Assembly: GCA_965261545.1 (NCBI GenBank)
Contig: CBDHDF010000010.1
Coordinates: 256,001 to 320,000 of the forward strand
Reading direction: 5' to 3'
DNA: 64,000 nt
Origin: Bdellovibrionales bacterium
GTDB taxonomy: Bacteria; Bdellovibrionota; Bdellovibrionia; Bdellovibrionales; UBA1609
The translations under genes and the position numbers were made by a program. The notes under the pieces are model-generated. The model saw nothing but the letters and a program-made list of their open reading frames with translations, did no database searches and was not told where the DNA came from. Below, one piece after another: positions 50,752 to 60,594 of the stretch. Positions within the stretch are counted from its first letter, which is position 1. Every line of letters starts with the position of its first letter.

Positions 50752-53657
50752 CTTTTTGCATCCTTGGGAAGGGGGCGAAAGTCTCCGTCTTCAATGCGCT
50801 GAATGATTTCTTGAATTTTTGACATAACTTTATCTTGGTGCTTTTGAATCACAGACCAATTGTCATAGCAGTGGGCTTCTGTGGCTTCAAATAGATCGCC
50901 TCCTCGGTCTTTGGTGGCAAAACCCTTTTCTCGGCTCATATTGCGGCCCACATAGTAAAAGGCTGAAAGAACTTCTTGGGGACCTAGTTCAGTCCACCCA
51001 CCTTGAAGAGCTCTAGCATATATCGACAGCTGAAAAGAATCGTTCTTGGCCCAGGATTTAAAATTTGTTAAACCCCCAAGAGATAATTTATAATCCACCA
51101 CGGAAACTTCTGTGACAGGGGTTTTTGCCATAGGGTTCCTTGTTGCGGTTTCTGTTCTACAAGCCCCTGTGTCGGAGCCTCGATTGGTGTCTACCCTATC
51201 TATGCTTCCTTTAAATTCGTAGTCTCCAGAACCTGGGGCAGTAATATCTCCTTTTTTTAAATTCCAATCTGCCTTTAGGGGAATTTCCCTACCCTCAGTG
51301 CGCATTTTTGGAAAAGACTTTCTCAGTTTGATCTCTGATGTGATGAATTGTCGAGCCATTTTTAAGAGGCCAGGTTTAAAGAAATCCCAAATTCGTGGAT
51401 CCCATAGACTTCCTGAAGTGTGATTTTTCTGATTGTTAACACATGATTGGATGATTTGCATAAGTTCTGGATTTGTGTAGTTTTCTCGAAATGGAGGTTG
51501 GGTGAGTTTTTTAAAAATATCATGCATGACTTGTCCTTGTGTCAAAGCATCTAAGTCCATGTCGATGTTGGGGAGATTTTGGAGACAAAAAAGTTTGCGA
51601 GCCGCAAAGATAAATGGGCATTGGGCATAGTTCTGAAGAGTTGTTACGGATAGACTGGGCCTTTGATCGAGTTTTATTCTTCCTTGGGTCTTTTCTAAAG
51701 AGTGAGAATCACCTAAAGCATTTAATTGAATCTCATCCCACCGAGAGGGGGCGGGAGAACTCAAAGCTTCGAGGTCGTTGGGGGGTTGGAGAGTTTTGGG
51801 ATCGCTGGGAGCATTGGGATTTTTGGGCGCATAGGATTGAGTCATAGCTCCCTGGAGCCATAGGCGAGCGGGGCCTTCCACGGCACCTAAAAAATTACTG
51901 GACGAGACACTCACAACGATATCTTTCAAGGGGCTTTCTAGTAACCAGCGAATTTCAAACTCTTGCTTTTTAGGGTCTACAAAATCAATCACATATCCTG
52001 TATCTCGATGAATTTCTAAAACATCTTTGAAATCAATAGTTGTGCCTCCACGAGGTTTCAATTCCGATTCAGAGACCCCCATCATATAGACATATTTGCA
52101 CTTGCTGTGGATTCCCGATTCTATATTATTAAAGGGAATCCCATCTCCTGTGGGAGTTTTTTCTTTCATTTCAATGCGAGCGCAAAGCTCTTCTACATAG
52201 GCAATCCATTGACTTAATTTGAGGGAAAGGTGAGGCGGGGCATCTGCAAAGAGGAATTCACATAATAATTGAAAGGCACTTGTTTCGCCCCCCTTCCAAA
52301 GCGGAAAGGCGAGGGCGAAAAATTCATCCCTTTGAAGTCGCTTATTTTTTGGAAGCAACTTATTCCTCTGAGTGGATCCATCTTTCTGAGGTGTATGGTC
52401 TCCCTGAAGTGTATGGTCTTCCTGGAGAGAGTTTGATAATTTTTGAGCTATTCTTGGAAATCGCTTTAAATCTTCAGGGCCGTATATATTCTTAAAAATC
52501 CTGCGAATAAACTCAAATCCTTCTTCCAGGGGGGGGAGGGGAGGGGTAAATCCAGTTATCTCTATGTCTTCGTAGCTCACCTTTCCACTTCTTAACCGGA
52601 GCGAGGAAAGCCACCTTGAAATATCTAGGCGTGAGATAAGGGGTATGACAAGAGGCTTTTCGACCTCAATACCTTCTTGTTGAAAGTACAATCTTAAAAC
52701 TGTCCAATACACTTCAATATTGGGGGCGAGAACTGCAATTTCATGGGGTTGAGCCCCAGTATCTAGCCATTGACGAACTGTGGCTGTGGTGTCTTTGACC
52801 TCAGAGACCATGGTAGAAAATCGTCGAAAAGATGGTGGTCTCCTTGTCCATAAGTTTTCTGGAGGGTTAGTGATGAGGGAGGGTTCACAGGCATTGGTAT
52901 TGGCACAGGCATTAGTGGTCGTGTCGCCCATCGAAGGCTGTGGTGGGGTGGTTTTTGTTTTTGGAGCCAAAAGAGAATAGCCGAGCAAGCTTTCCTTGGT
53001 ATCTTCTGCCCATTGGGGCGCCGGCTTTAAAACTTCGATGTCATGCTTTTTTTGCATTTGAGAGAGAATGTCTGACTCCACGGGAGAAAGGTGATACCCT
53101 AGGTTTACAATCAGCTTTTTCTCCCACACAAGATGGCCCTCATAGATGCTTGCTAAATAAGCACGGACCCATGGGTTGGGAATAAGCTTGAGGGAGTCGA
53201 AGTATGTCCAGCAGTCAAGGGCTAATTGAAACCAATGTCCCCAGCGAATAATGGCATTGGGGTGATTCTCTAACCATGACTTCAATACATCGTTGTGAGA
53301 CTCACGACAAAGCAGGGGAAGCAATTGTTGAATATATTGGAAAACACTTGATGCCGCACGAGTTGTGCGAGCCCATGGGATATCAGCCTCCTCTAACCAT
53401 TTCATGATAAGAGATCTTGCAAGTGTTGGTGAAACCACCCTCATGTCAGGCTGGATTTTGAACAGTATTTTGATCCATAACTCATTGACCCTCAAAACAG
53501 CATCTTTTTCTAGGAAGGAATGCTTTTCCATGAGGTCTTTTTGAATATGTAGCTTTGTATTTAGGTCAGCCACCACCAAGGTCTCGTGGAGAGTGTCAAA
53601 ATTTTGACAGATTCCATGAAATTCATCATGGGTAGATATGTTTCGGATATGAGTCAT
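50700..53657 (-). CDS. addB: AddB-like PD-(D/E)XK nuclease with Fe-S cluster Cys
   Basis: YAQCPF, GSIDRVD, VDYK, QL..Y, CRECHWRKMC; located directly upstream of addA. Confidence 0.82.
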   Translation of the reverse strand: MTHIRNISTHDEFHGICQNFDTLHETLVVADLNTKLHIQKDLMEKHSFLEKDAVLRVNELWIKILFKIQPDMRVVSPTLARSLIMKWLEEADIPWARTTRAASSVFQYIQQLLPLLCRESHNDVLKSWLENHPNAIIRWGHWFQLALDCWTYFDSLKLIPNPWVRAYLASIYEGHLVWEKKLIVNLGYHLSPVESDILSQMQKKHDIEVLKPAPQWAEDTKESLLGYSLLAPKTKTTPPQPSMGDTTTNACANTNACEPSLITNPPENLWTRRPPSFRRFSTMVSEVKDTTATVRQWLDTGAQPHEIAVLAPNIEVYWTVLRLYFQQEGIEVEKPLVIPLISRLDISRWLSSLRLRSGKVSYEDIEITGFTPPLPPLEEGFEFIRRIFKNIYGPEDLKRFPRIAQKLSNSLQEDHTLQGDHTPQKDGSTQRNKLLPKNKRLQRDEFFALAFPLWKGGETSAFQLLCEFLFADAPPHLSLKLSQWIAYVEELCARIEMKEKTPTGDGIPFNNIESGIHSKCKYVYMMGVSESELKPRGGTTIDFKDVLEIHRDTGYVIDFVDPKKQEFEIRWLLESPLKDIVVSVSSSNFLGAVEGPARLWLQGAMTQSYAPKNPNAPSDPKTLQPPNDLEALSSPAPSRWDEIQLNALGDSHSLEKTQGRIKLDQRPSLSVTTLQNYAQCPFIFAARKLFCLQNLPNIDMDLDALTQGQVMHDIFKKLTQPPFRENYTNPELMQIIQSCVNNQKNHTSGSLWDPRIWDFFKPGLLKMARQFITSEIKLRKSFPKMRTEGREIPLKADWNLKKGDITAPGSGDYEFKGSIDRVDTNRGSDTGACRTETATRNPMAKTPVTEVSVVDYKLSLGGLTNFKSWAKNDSFQLSIYARALQGGWTELGPQEVLSAFYYVGRNMSREKGFATKDRGGDLFEATEAHCYDNWSVIQKHQDKVMSKIQEIIQRIEDGDFRPLPKDAKSCRECHWRKMCRAPHLN

Positions 53658-53659
53658 TC

Positions 53660-54358
53660 CTAAAAAGTCTCTCCATGGGATTTTGAGTTCTGAGTCTTTG
53701 AATTCTGAGTTTCTGAATTTTGGGGCTTTGAATCCTGGAATTTTAAATACTGAACTGCATTTTTTACAGATAATTTTAATTTATTTATATCATAAGTGTT
53801 ATCTATAATAAAAGAAGCAAGTTTCTTTTTTTCTTCCAAGGGTGTTTGGCTTTGGATGCGTATTTGTGCTTGATTTTCTGTGTAGGAGTTTCGTTGCCTG
53901 AGTCGTTGCACTTGTTGCTTCAGGTGACAGTAGACCACAAGGATATGGTTGTACTGTTCTTGGAGATTCTTTTCAAAAAGCAAGGGGACGTCGTGAATGA
54001 CAAGCCTTGCTTCTTTGGCGGAAAAATCATCATATTTCTTTTGGGTCTGAGTGCGTACTATGGGATGGACAATGGATTCTAAGATTTTAAGTTGAGATGG
54101 GTTTGAAAACACTTTGTCTCCCAGTTGGGCGCGATCTATTTCTCCTTGTGAATTGAGAATATCAGAACCAAAGGCATCTATGACTTTGGTATAGGCTCCT
54201 CCTTTAGGGGACATAGCCTCCTTGGCCAAAAGGTCGGCATCGATAATGGGTATCCCTAGGTCCTGAAGCATTTTAGAAACAGTGGATTTTCCACTGGCAA
54301 TACCACCTGTAAGCCCCACCCACTGCGTATTTATGTTCACTTTTATATTTGTGTTCAC
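53660..54358 (-). CDS. coaE: Dephospho-CoA kinase
   Basis: GLTGGIASGKST, IDAD, IDR..LG, IVHP, DVPLLFE. Confidence 0.95.
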   Translation of the reverse strand: MNTNIKVNINTQWVGLTGGIASGKSTVSKMLQDLGIPIIDADLLAKEAMSPKGGAYTKVIDAFGSDILNSQGEIDRAQLGDKVFSNPSQLKILESIVHPIVRTQTQKKYDDFSAKEARLVIHDVPLLFEKNLQEQYNHILVVYCHLKQQVQRLRQRNSYTENQAQIRIQSQTPLEEKKKLASFIIDNTYDINKLKLSVKNAVQYLKFQDSKPQNSETQNSKTQNSKSHGETF

Positions 54359-54555
54359 TCTGTGTAAGACCTTAGGTGAGCTGTGGTGAATTGCGTTACA
54401 ATTGGCTTATAATTGATCTACAAAGGACTTTAGCAGACAATTGTAAAGCCCGATAGGAAAATGACAAGCTTAAGAGTACTGAGAAAGCGACTGAGTGGTA
54501 AGACGCTGAGAAATCTCTGAAAAAGTCCTGAGAAAAGTAAGGAGATGTTGGTTTT

Positions 54556-56724
54556 ATGAAATCAAGTACCCAATTTTTTGGCAAATATACTTTACTAGAA
54601 AAGCTCGCTTCTGGAGGAATGGCTGAGATTTTTCTGGCGCGTGGAACGGGTGCCAAGGGGATTGGAAAGCTTGTTGCTATTAAAAGAATTTTGCCCCAAT
54701 TTTCAGACAGTCAAGACTACAAGGATATGTTTACCTCGGAAGCGAAGATTGCTGTCAATTTGTCTCATAGTAACATTGTTTCCATTTATGAATTTGGTAT
54801 TGAAAAGAAGCAGCTTTACCTCGTCATGGATTATGTGGAGGGGCGAAATCTTCGACAGATGCTCAACAAAATGAAAGAGAAGTCTAAATCGTTCTCCATG
54901 GAGCAAGTTGTTTATATCATTAAAGAGGCCGCTTCTGGCCTCGATCATGCCCACCGATGTTTGGATGGAACCACTGGGGAGTCTCTCAACATTGTTCACA
55001 GAGATATCAGTCCACAAAACGTTATGATAAGTTTTGAGGGAGAGGTCAAAATCGTCGATTTTGGAATTGCCAAGGCTGAGGTCACAGAAGAAGCCACGGC
55101 GGATGGTACACTCAAAGGAAAATTTGGCTACATGAGCCCCGAACAAGCGGAAGGGCGTGGCATCAATCTAAGGACAGATATTTTTTCCCTAGGTATTATT
55201 TTGTGGGAATCTCTAGCTAGGGAGAGGCTCTTTTTAGCTAACAATGAGATTAGTACTCTTAGAAAGATTCGTCGATGCCAGATTCCCAGCTTAAAGAGAG
55301 TCAATCCCAATATTCACCCAGAGCTTGAAAGGATTGTCAAAAAGGCTCTGGTCAAAGACCAACACCTTCGTTATCAGGATTCTGCCGCTCTCCACCGGGA
55401 CCTGAGTCGTTTCTTAAACAGGAGATATCCAGATTTTTCATCCCATGATTTTTCTACTTTTATTAGGTCTCTTTATTCAGATGAGATTGTCTCTGCGAGA
55501 AAGCGTCTTATTGAGTATGCGAAAATACCTGATCCACCTGCTCCATCGGCTTCTGAAGTTACCTCCACGGAAGGACTCGATGAGAGCTTCCTTTCTATTT
55601 CTGAGGATCACTTGATTGATGAAAATCAATCTTTAGGTGCGGGAGGTCATGGTAAAACAACTTCGAGAATCACTCTCAGTGAGCCCCATGAAAACCTTTT
55701 AGGGAGAGAGAGTGGACTATCTGGCGGAAACCAAGAAGGGCGGGCTTCATTTGAATTTTCCGAAGATGATATGGATGAGGGAGAAGCTAAATCCATACTT
55801 CCATCTCCATCAGACCTTTCTCAGCCAGACATGTCACCTCTTTATAACACCACTACGACTTATACAGGTAGCATGCCAAATTCAAAAAATAAGAGTTTTT
55901 CCAATTCCAGGGATCTCAGTGTGAGTTTGGTGATGAGGCGAAAGCAGAAAAAGCACCATGTTGCTGTGATTCTTGTTTTGGCTATGACTGTATGTGGTTT
56001 GGCCTATATGACAGATCTTCACAAAAAAGTGCTTTCTCCTGAGAACAAGGCGCAAATTATTTCTCAAATTCAACAAGGGATTCCGAGGGCTCCCAGCAGC
56101 CCACCGTCTTTGCCCCCAAGCCAAGGGGCGGCTTCTGGCCCGGGCTCAACTCGCTCCGTCTCCTCCACTTCTCATCGGCCTCACCAACAGGGGGGTTTGA
56201 ATCAAGGGAGAGGATCGAATCAGGCCGTGGGGGCAACTTCCTCAGCAGGAGTGAATTCTCAGTCTGGCTCTAGGAAAATTAAAATCAATGTCAATAGCAA
56301 CCCTGCAAATGCAGAAATTTGGGTGAATGGAAAAGTCGTGGGGGAATCGACTCCTGCGATTATTTATGTGACTCAGAATAAACCCATTCATATAAAGCTG
56401 AAAAAAGAGAATCATATTACTTACACCAAAAAGAACTTGATCTTTTCCAAGGCAGGACAGGGTTTTATGGCCACTCTCCAAAGGGCTCATGTGGGCTATT
56501 TAAATATTGATGTGCGCCCTCCCCACCCCGCTGTTAAAATCTATTTAGATGGTGAACTTTTAAAGGGTGAAGAATTGCCCATCCGCCGATATGCGGTTCC
56601 AGCTAAAACCATTGTTGTGGAAGCTAGAAATCCAGTTTTGAAAACCTATAGCAAGCAAAGAATTCTTCTTCGGAAGGGTGAGAAAAAGTATGTGGTTTTA
56701 AAATTAAAAAAGAAATTTAGGTAA
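54556..56724 (+). CDS. Hanks-type Ser/Thr kinase with one TM helix and a C-terminal PEGA-like domain
   Basis: GGMAEIF, AIK, HRDISPQN, DFG, GKFGYMSPE; TM helix; VNSNPANAEIWVNG. Confidence 0.92.
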   Translation: MKSSTQFFGKYTLLEKLASGGMAEIFLARGTGAKGIGKLVAIKRILPQFSDSQDYKDMFTSEAKIAVNLSHSNIVSIYEFGIEKKQLYLVMDYVEGRNLRQMLNKMKEKSKSFSMEQVVYIIKEAASGLDHAHRCLDGTTGESLNIVHRDISPQNVMISFEGEVKIVDFGIAKAEVTEEATADGTLKGKFGYMSPEQAEGRGINLRTDIFSLGIILWESLARERLFLANNEISTLRKIRRCQIPSLKRVNPNIHPELERIVKKALVKDQHLRYQDSAALHRDLSRFLNRRYPDFSSHDFSTFIRSLYSDEIVSARKRLIEYAKIPDPPAPSASEVTSTEGLDESFLSISEDHLIDENQSLGAGGHGKTTSRITLSEPHENLLGRESGLSGGNQEGRASFEFSEDDMDEGEAKSILPSPSDLSQPDMSPLYNTTTTYTGSMPNSKNKSFSNSRDLSVSLVMRRKQKKHHVAVILVLAMTVCGLAYMTDLHKKVLSPENKAQIISQIQQGIPRAPSSPPSLPPSQGAASGPGSTRSVSSTSHRPHQQGGLNQGRGSNQAVGATSSAGVNSQSGSRKIKINVNSNPANAEIWVNGKVVGESTPAIIYVTQNKPIHIKLKKENHITYTKKNLIFSKAGQGFMATLQRAHVGYLNIDVRPPHPAVKIYLDGELLKGEELPIRRYAVPAKTIVVEARNPVLKTYSKQRILLRKGEKKYVVLKLKKKFR

Positions 56725-56727
56725 CCT

Positions 56728-56765
56728 CATTTCGGCTTTTTTAGTCTAAGAATGGAGCCGAAATG
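56728..56765. terminator. Hairpin between convergent genes (probable bidirectional terminator)
   Basis: catttcggct / agccgaaatg perfect 10-bp arms immediately after the kinase stop. Confidence 0.65.
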
Positions 56766-56796
56766 GGTCACTTGCTACTTCCACTGCACCTAAAAA

Positions 56797-57231
56797 TCAG
56801 AAGCATGCCACACCAAATTTATTGTTTTTCCTATTATAAAAGTGGATGAAGAGGCTTCCAGTTTTACATTGATATGTGTTTCTCCAAATGCGTCGAGTGA
56901 GAAGTTTTCTTGTTGAAAACTCTGGATAGACATCCACTCTCATGTAAGCTCCATGACAGCTTCTATAGTGAGCTTTTCTACCATGATTGGGTTCAACTGA
57001 TTTCCATCGTCCCCCTTTGCCATATTTGTTGTAACACTTGGTGTGAAGCCGGTGGCGATCACTGGTATTGCCTATACGTATGTACCCCCAATCGTTCGTA
57101 TTTTCCGTATCTTGCATATCTTTCGTATTTTGCGTATCTTTTGCAGTATCTCCTGGGCTGTATCCAAAGCTTATAGTTGATAAAAAACTACAGATTATTA
57201 GAATTATAGTGAAGTGAGTGAATGATCTCAT
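56797..57231 (-). CDS. Small secreted protein with a cationic four-Cys mature domain
   Basis: SD AAGGAG; signal peptide; acidic repeat; basic C-terminal domain. Confidence 0.7.
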   Translation of the reverse strand: MRSFTHFTIILIICSFLSTISFGYSPGDTAKDTQNTKDMQDTENTNDWGYIRIGNTSDRHRLHTKCYNKYGKGGRWKSVEPNHGRKAHYRSCHGAYMRVDVYPEFSTRKLLTRRIWRNTYQCKTGSLFIHFYNRKNNKFGVACF

Positions 57232-57342
57232 ATGTTCTCCTTTCTCTTACTTTCTTGTGGTGTAAAATTAAAAGTTGCGGACTCTTATGGACTTACCTCA
57301 AATCGAATGTAGTTCCCCTCCCAACAGTTATCTTCGAAGTGA

Positions 57343-57386
57343 TATAACTATAAGTTATACTTCTGATTAATTTATTGCAAATTAAT
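57343..57386. promoter_or_regulatory. Two adjacent palindromes upstream of the 144-aa gene (candidate operators)
   Basis: TATAACT-N3-AGTTATA (57343-57359) and ATTAATTT-N5-AAATTAAT (57366-57386). Confidence 0.4.
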
Positions 57387-57457
57387 AAAGAAATTCATGA
57401 ACAAAAATGACCTTGGCCTAGGGACCTTAAGTACTATTTTGTGCAATGTTCCACCAC

Positions 57458-59011
57458 TCAGGTGTATTCCGAGATATATGAGATGTATTCCTCCCAATTT
57501 TCCCGGGAGAGAAAAATATCCACATGGGCTGAGTCACCAAGCATGCTGCGGATTTTTTTATAGGTGTGGCCGGGGCCACAGGCGTGGTGAGCCTTTTTGA
57601 GGTGGGGGTAGTGTCGGAGGGCTTCTAGAAATTGGCTTCCACTCATCCAGTAAAAATGAGTTTCATCGCTGAGGGTGGGGGTATTTTTTGCGGATTTGAG
57701 GTTATAGGTGGCGTAAGTCTCTTTGTCTCCTATGTCCATAGCTCCTTTGTGGGTGAGCTTTAGCCAATGAACTTCACCACCTGTCAGGTGGTTTAGCATG
57801 GGGTCTTCATTTTCTCCCAGGGATTCTGAGGAACCATGAACCCAGTATCCCCTTTGTGCCAACTTGTGCCACGTTTTCATTCCGCTGCTCCATATGAGAT
57901 CATGACAAATGGAACCTAGGGGAAGGGAGGTTTCTCTACTCACCCATAGGGGGCGATGCCAGTGGGTATTTTCGAGGGCGAGATTCTCTCGATGAAACCA
58001 CTTATGGTTTTTAGGGTTGCAAGGTTTAAGAGAGACTGAGAGTGGATTTGCAGGCTTAGAATGTTTTTTTGAGCACTCCCACTTTTTGAGGATATGTCCT
58101 TTTAAGGTTACACCCCTTAAGGAAAGTATTTCTCCGTAGTTTCTTTCGAAGATGCTCACTCCAATCTTTTGGTGACACCCTCCTCCGTAGTTTGAAAGAA
58201 TATTTCGCTCTTTAGAAGCCGCTTTGTAGGTCGTTTTGCAGTTGAGTGTCTCTAAGAGTGCAAGCTGAGGATGGTGCTTGAACTGCCTCTCCTTTTGGGC
58301 CACTTCAATAGCCAAAGCTCCCTGGGCGGGGGCACAGGGATTTTCGCAAAGGGGAAGGACCATCCACTGGGATTGATCAATAAACTGACGCACCTTTTGC
58401 TTTATTTCTAAAAACTCGCTTTTATCTGTGGCTAGAAGGCGGTCCACAGCGGCCTTGGCGACAACGAGCCCTTGCCCCTTTCCTTTTTCTTGAAATAGTT
58501 TGGAAAGTCTTGTGGGAATGTTGCCGCGAATGGGTTTAAAAATCACATTTTTTAATTCGTGGGGCCAAATCTTTGGAAGGAGGGGTTTTAAATTGTATTC
58601 TCGCCGGGGGGAAGATGAAAAAACTTCAAGCACTCTCCGGCTTCGCACCACATCCAACTCCCTTTTGGGAATGAGAAAGAGGTCTCTCATATCTGCTCGC
58701 GGTCTTGTGGCAATGACTTTCGTTCCATGGGAGGGCTCTTCTTCTGTGGGCAGGTCTTTCCATGAGTGGACGACGAGGTCCACTTCTCCATTGACAAGGT
58801 GTTGGTGGAGGTCCTGTGTGAAAACACCCTTGGTTTCAAAAGAGGTCAAATCCACTTCACTGTGTCGGTCCCCCCAGGAAGCACTGAATTTGTATTCAAT
58901 TTCCAAGCTTGGTTCGAGAGACTGAAGAGCCTCTCCCACTTCGTAGGCTTGAAGGCGAGCTAGGTGGCTTTGGCGTGAGGCGAGAATAAGTTTTTTTTTC
59001 ACGATTTTCAT
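57458..59011 (-). CDS. hemC: Hydroxymethylbilane synthase with a C-terminal HemD-like extension
   Basis: ASRQSHLA..Q, GD, KGVFT, VHSWKDLP, SSPRR, IRGNIPTRL, PAPAQGAL, cofactor Cys GGGCH. Confidence 0.88.
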   Translation of the reverse strand: MKIVKKKLILASRQSHLARLQAYEVGEALQSLEPSLEIEYKFSASWGDRHSEVDLTSFETKGVFTQDLHQHLVNGEVDLVVHSWKDLPTEEEPSHGTKVIATRPRADMRDLFLIPKRELDVVRSRRVLEVFSSSPRREYNLKPLLPKIWPHELKNVIFKPIRGNIPTRLSKLFQEKGKGQGLVVAKAAVDRLLATDKSEFLEIKQKVRQFIDQSQWMVLPLCENPCAPAQGALAIEVAQKERQFKHHPQLALLETLNCKTTYKAASKERNILSNYGGGCHQKIGVSIFERNYGEILSLRGVTLKGHILKKWECSKKHSKPANPLSVSLKPCNPKNHKWFHRENLALENTHWHRPLWVSRETSLPLGSICHDLIWSSGMKTWHKLAQRGYWVHGSSESLGENEDPMLNHLTGGEVHWLKLTHKGAMDIGDKETYATYNLKSAKNTPTLSDETHFYWMSGSQFLEALRHYPHLKKAHHACGPGHTYKKIRSMLGDSAHVDIFLSRENWEEYISYISEYT

Positions 59012-59141
59012 GCTTTCACACTTTCATATTTTGGGTTGGAAATGTCGAAGTGGATACAGGAAGTGGACAAAAATGGCGCCTCCATAATGGTGCAGTTTTC
59101 CATGAAGCGGAGACTGTGGGATGGAGGCTGAATCTGTTATT

Positions 59142-60314
59142 TTAAACACAGATATCTTCCCAACCAAAGGGGCGAATTTGTACAAAGTGGTTCCTTTGAG
59201 TGGTAAGTCTCACAATGGTGGAACGAGCTTGTTCAATTCTCAAAGAAAGGCCCTCTTTATTTCTTTCCATTTCTTCAAAAATATGATTCAGGCATTGAAT
59301 CTGGCACTGGTGTTGTAGGAAGGATGGGAGAGGGTCTTGCCGACTTTCACCTCGCAAGTCAATGATAGATCGGGGGCGATTTTTTCCCATCCAATGGAGG
59401 AGGTTAGAGGTTGGTAGGGGAACCGCTACAATGAGACTTCCCTTGAAAGTGGAAAGGGGATCATGGAGAGAGTGAACAGTGATATTTTGGTTTTGATAGG
59501 TGGAAGATAACTTGTCGAGATCTCGTCCTGACACTTGATTTTTGTCTTGATCTTGTTGGTTTGGTTGTCTTGATTGGTCTTGAATTTGATTTAATACTTT
59601 CACTGGATTGCGGCAGTGAATATGAATGGGACCAGAAAATTTTGCCATCCAGGGAAGAATTTTTTGAACAATATGGCCAGCTCCCAAAAAATGTACTTCC
59701 TCCCCAGGCTGGAGGAGGTTTCGGACGATGCCGCCATAACTTTGGCTTCCCAAGTTCAGCAAGTGTTTTTGGCGTACATACTTAGCATCTTTGCAAATGC
59801 TTTCCAGGGTGGCTTTGAGTTTTTGGCTGGAGTAGTGGTTTTCAAAGGGGTGTTTTTTGATGAGATTTTTAAATTGACCAAAGATTTCTGTTTCCCCAGG
59901 AATGGGCGATTGTAGCCCACAGACCACTCCTAAGCAGAAGGAGTAAGCTTCATGACCCGTATAAAATTGAAGGCAATTTTCGGATTTCCTAAGCTTTTCA
60001 AAGGAGTTGAATTGATTTGCCGTTTTCAGCTTTTCGAAGGCCCGAAGTTCCGTTGGCAAATCATGAGACAGTTTTTGGGGAAGTAAAAATTTTCCAAAGC
60101 CCAATATGAGGGAGCGCCAACATGTGGACCATGGAAGCCATGACCCCTCGGGGGAAGATGGTAGGTGGTTGGGCAAGGAGGAGGGCAAGCTGGTGACACC
60201 TTGTTGGTGGGCAATAAAGAAGGGGTCCTTCAAGGTTAACCTCTGGGTAAGCAAGCTAAGTGCAGAGCAAGTATGGCTGGGTGTGTACGTACATAAAATT
60301 GTTTGTAAAGCCAT
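59142..60314 (-). CDS. hemA: Glutamyl-tRNA reductase-like protein (divergent)
   Basis: STCWR catalytic motif, V.CGLQSP..GETEIFGQFK, Rossmann LGAG; adjacent to hemC. Confidence 0.75.
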   Translation of the reverse strand: MALQTILCTYTPSHTCSALSLLTQRLTLKDPFFIAHQQGVTSLPSSLPNHLPSSPEGSWLPWSTCWRSLILGFGKFLLPQKLSHDLPTELRAFEKLKTANQFNSFEKLRKSENCLQFYTGHEAYSFCLGVVCGLQSPIPGETEIFGQFKNLIKKHPFENHYSSQKLKATLESICKDAKYVRQKHLLNLGSQSYGGIVRNLLQPGEEVHFLGAGHIVQKILPWMAKFSGPIHIHCRNPVKVLNQIQDQSRQPNQQDQDKNQVSGRDLDKLSSTYQNQNITVHSLHDPLSTFKGSLIVAVPLPTSNLLHWMGKNRPRSIIDLRGESRQDPLPSFLQHQCQIQCLNHIFEEMERNKEGLSLRIEQARSTIVRLTTQRNHFVQIRPFGWEDICV

Positions 60315-60594
60315 TAAAAAGTCATTAAGAAGCTAGGTTCAAGGCTCAAATATAGTTTAGGTTTTAGGGTTATTTGTCATAGATTTGTCATAAATCCCCA
60401 TTTTCTGGCATTTTCAGAATGGCGTATTAATGGCAGGAACCCTTGTTTTTTCAAGTTCGGCGAGAATTTCTGGCTATGAAGTAACTTTTCTTGACAATCT
60501 TCAAGGTTGAGTTCAGCTTGAATGTTGTCCTTTTTAAAAACTCACAACTTATGAAGGACCCAAAAACTATGTCTCAGGGGCTAAAGGAGATCCA

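Noticed and set aside
47278..53657. Helicase plus nuclease pair as an anti-phage or Cas4-linked system
   Set aside because: Size, order, Fe-S Cys pattern and linkage to coaE fit housekeeping AddAB
59142..60314. hemA as a pseudogene
   Set aside because: The frame is uninterrupted and the catalytic Cys and GE.EI.GQ motif are retained
60431..60446. TGGCAGGAACCCTTGT as a sigma54 promoter upstream of sppA
   Set aside because: Wrong spacing and no GC at -12
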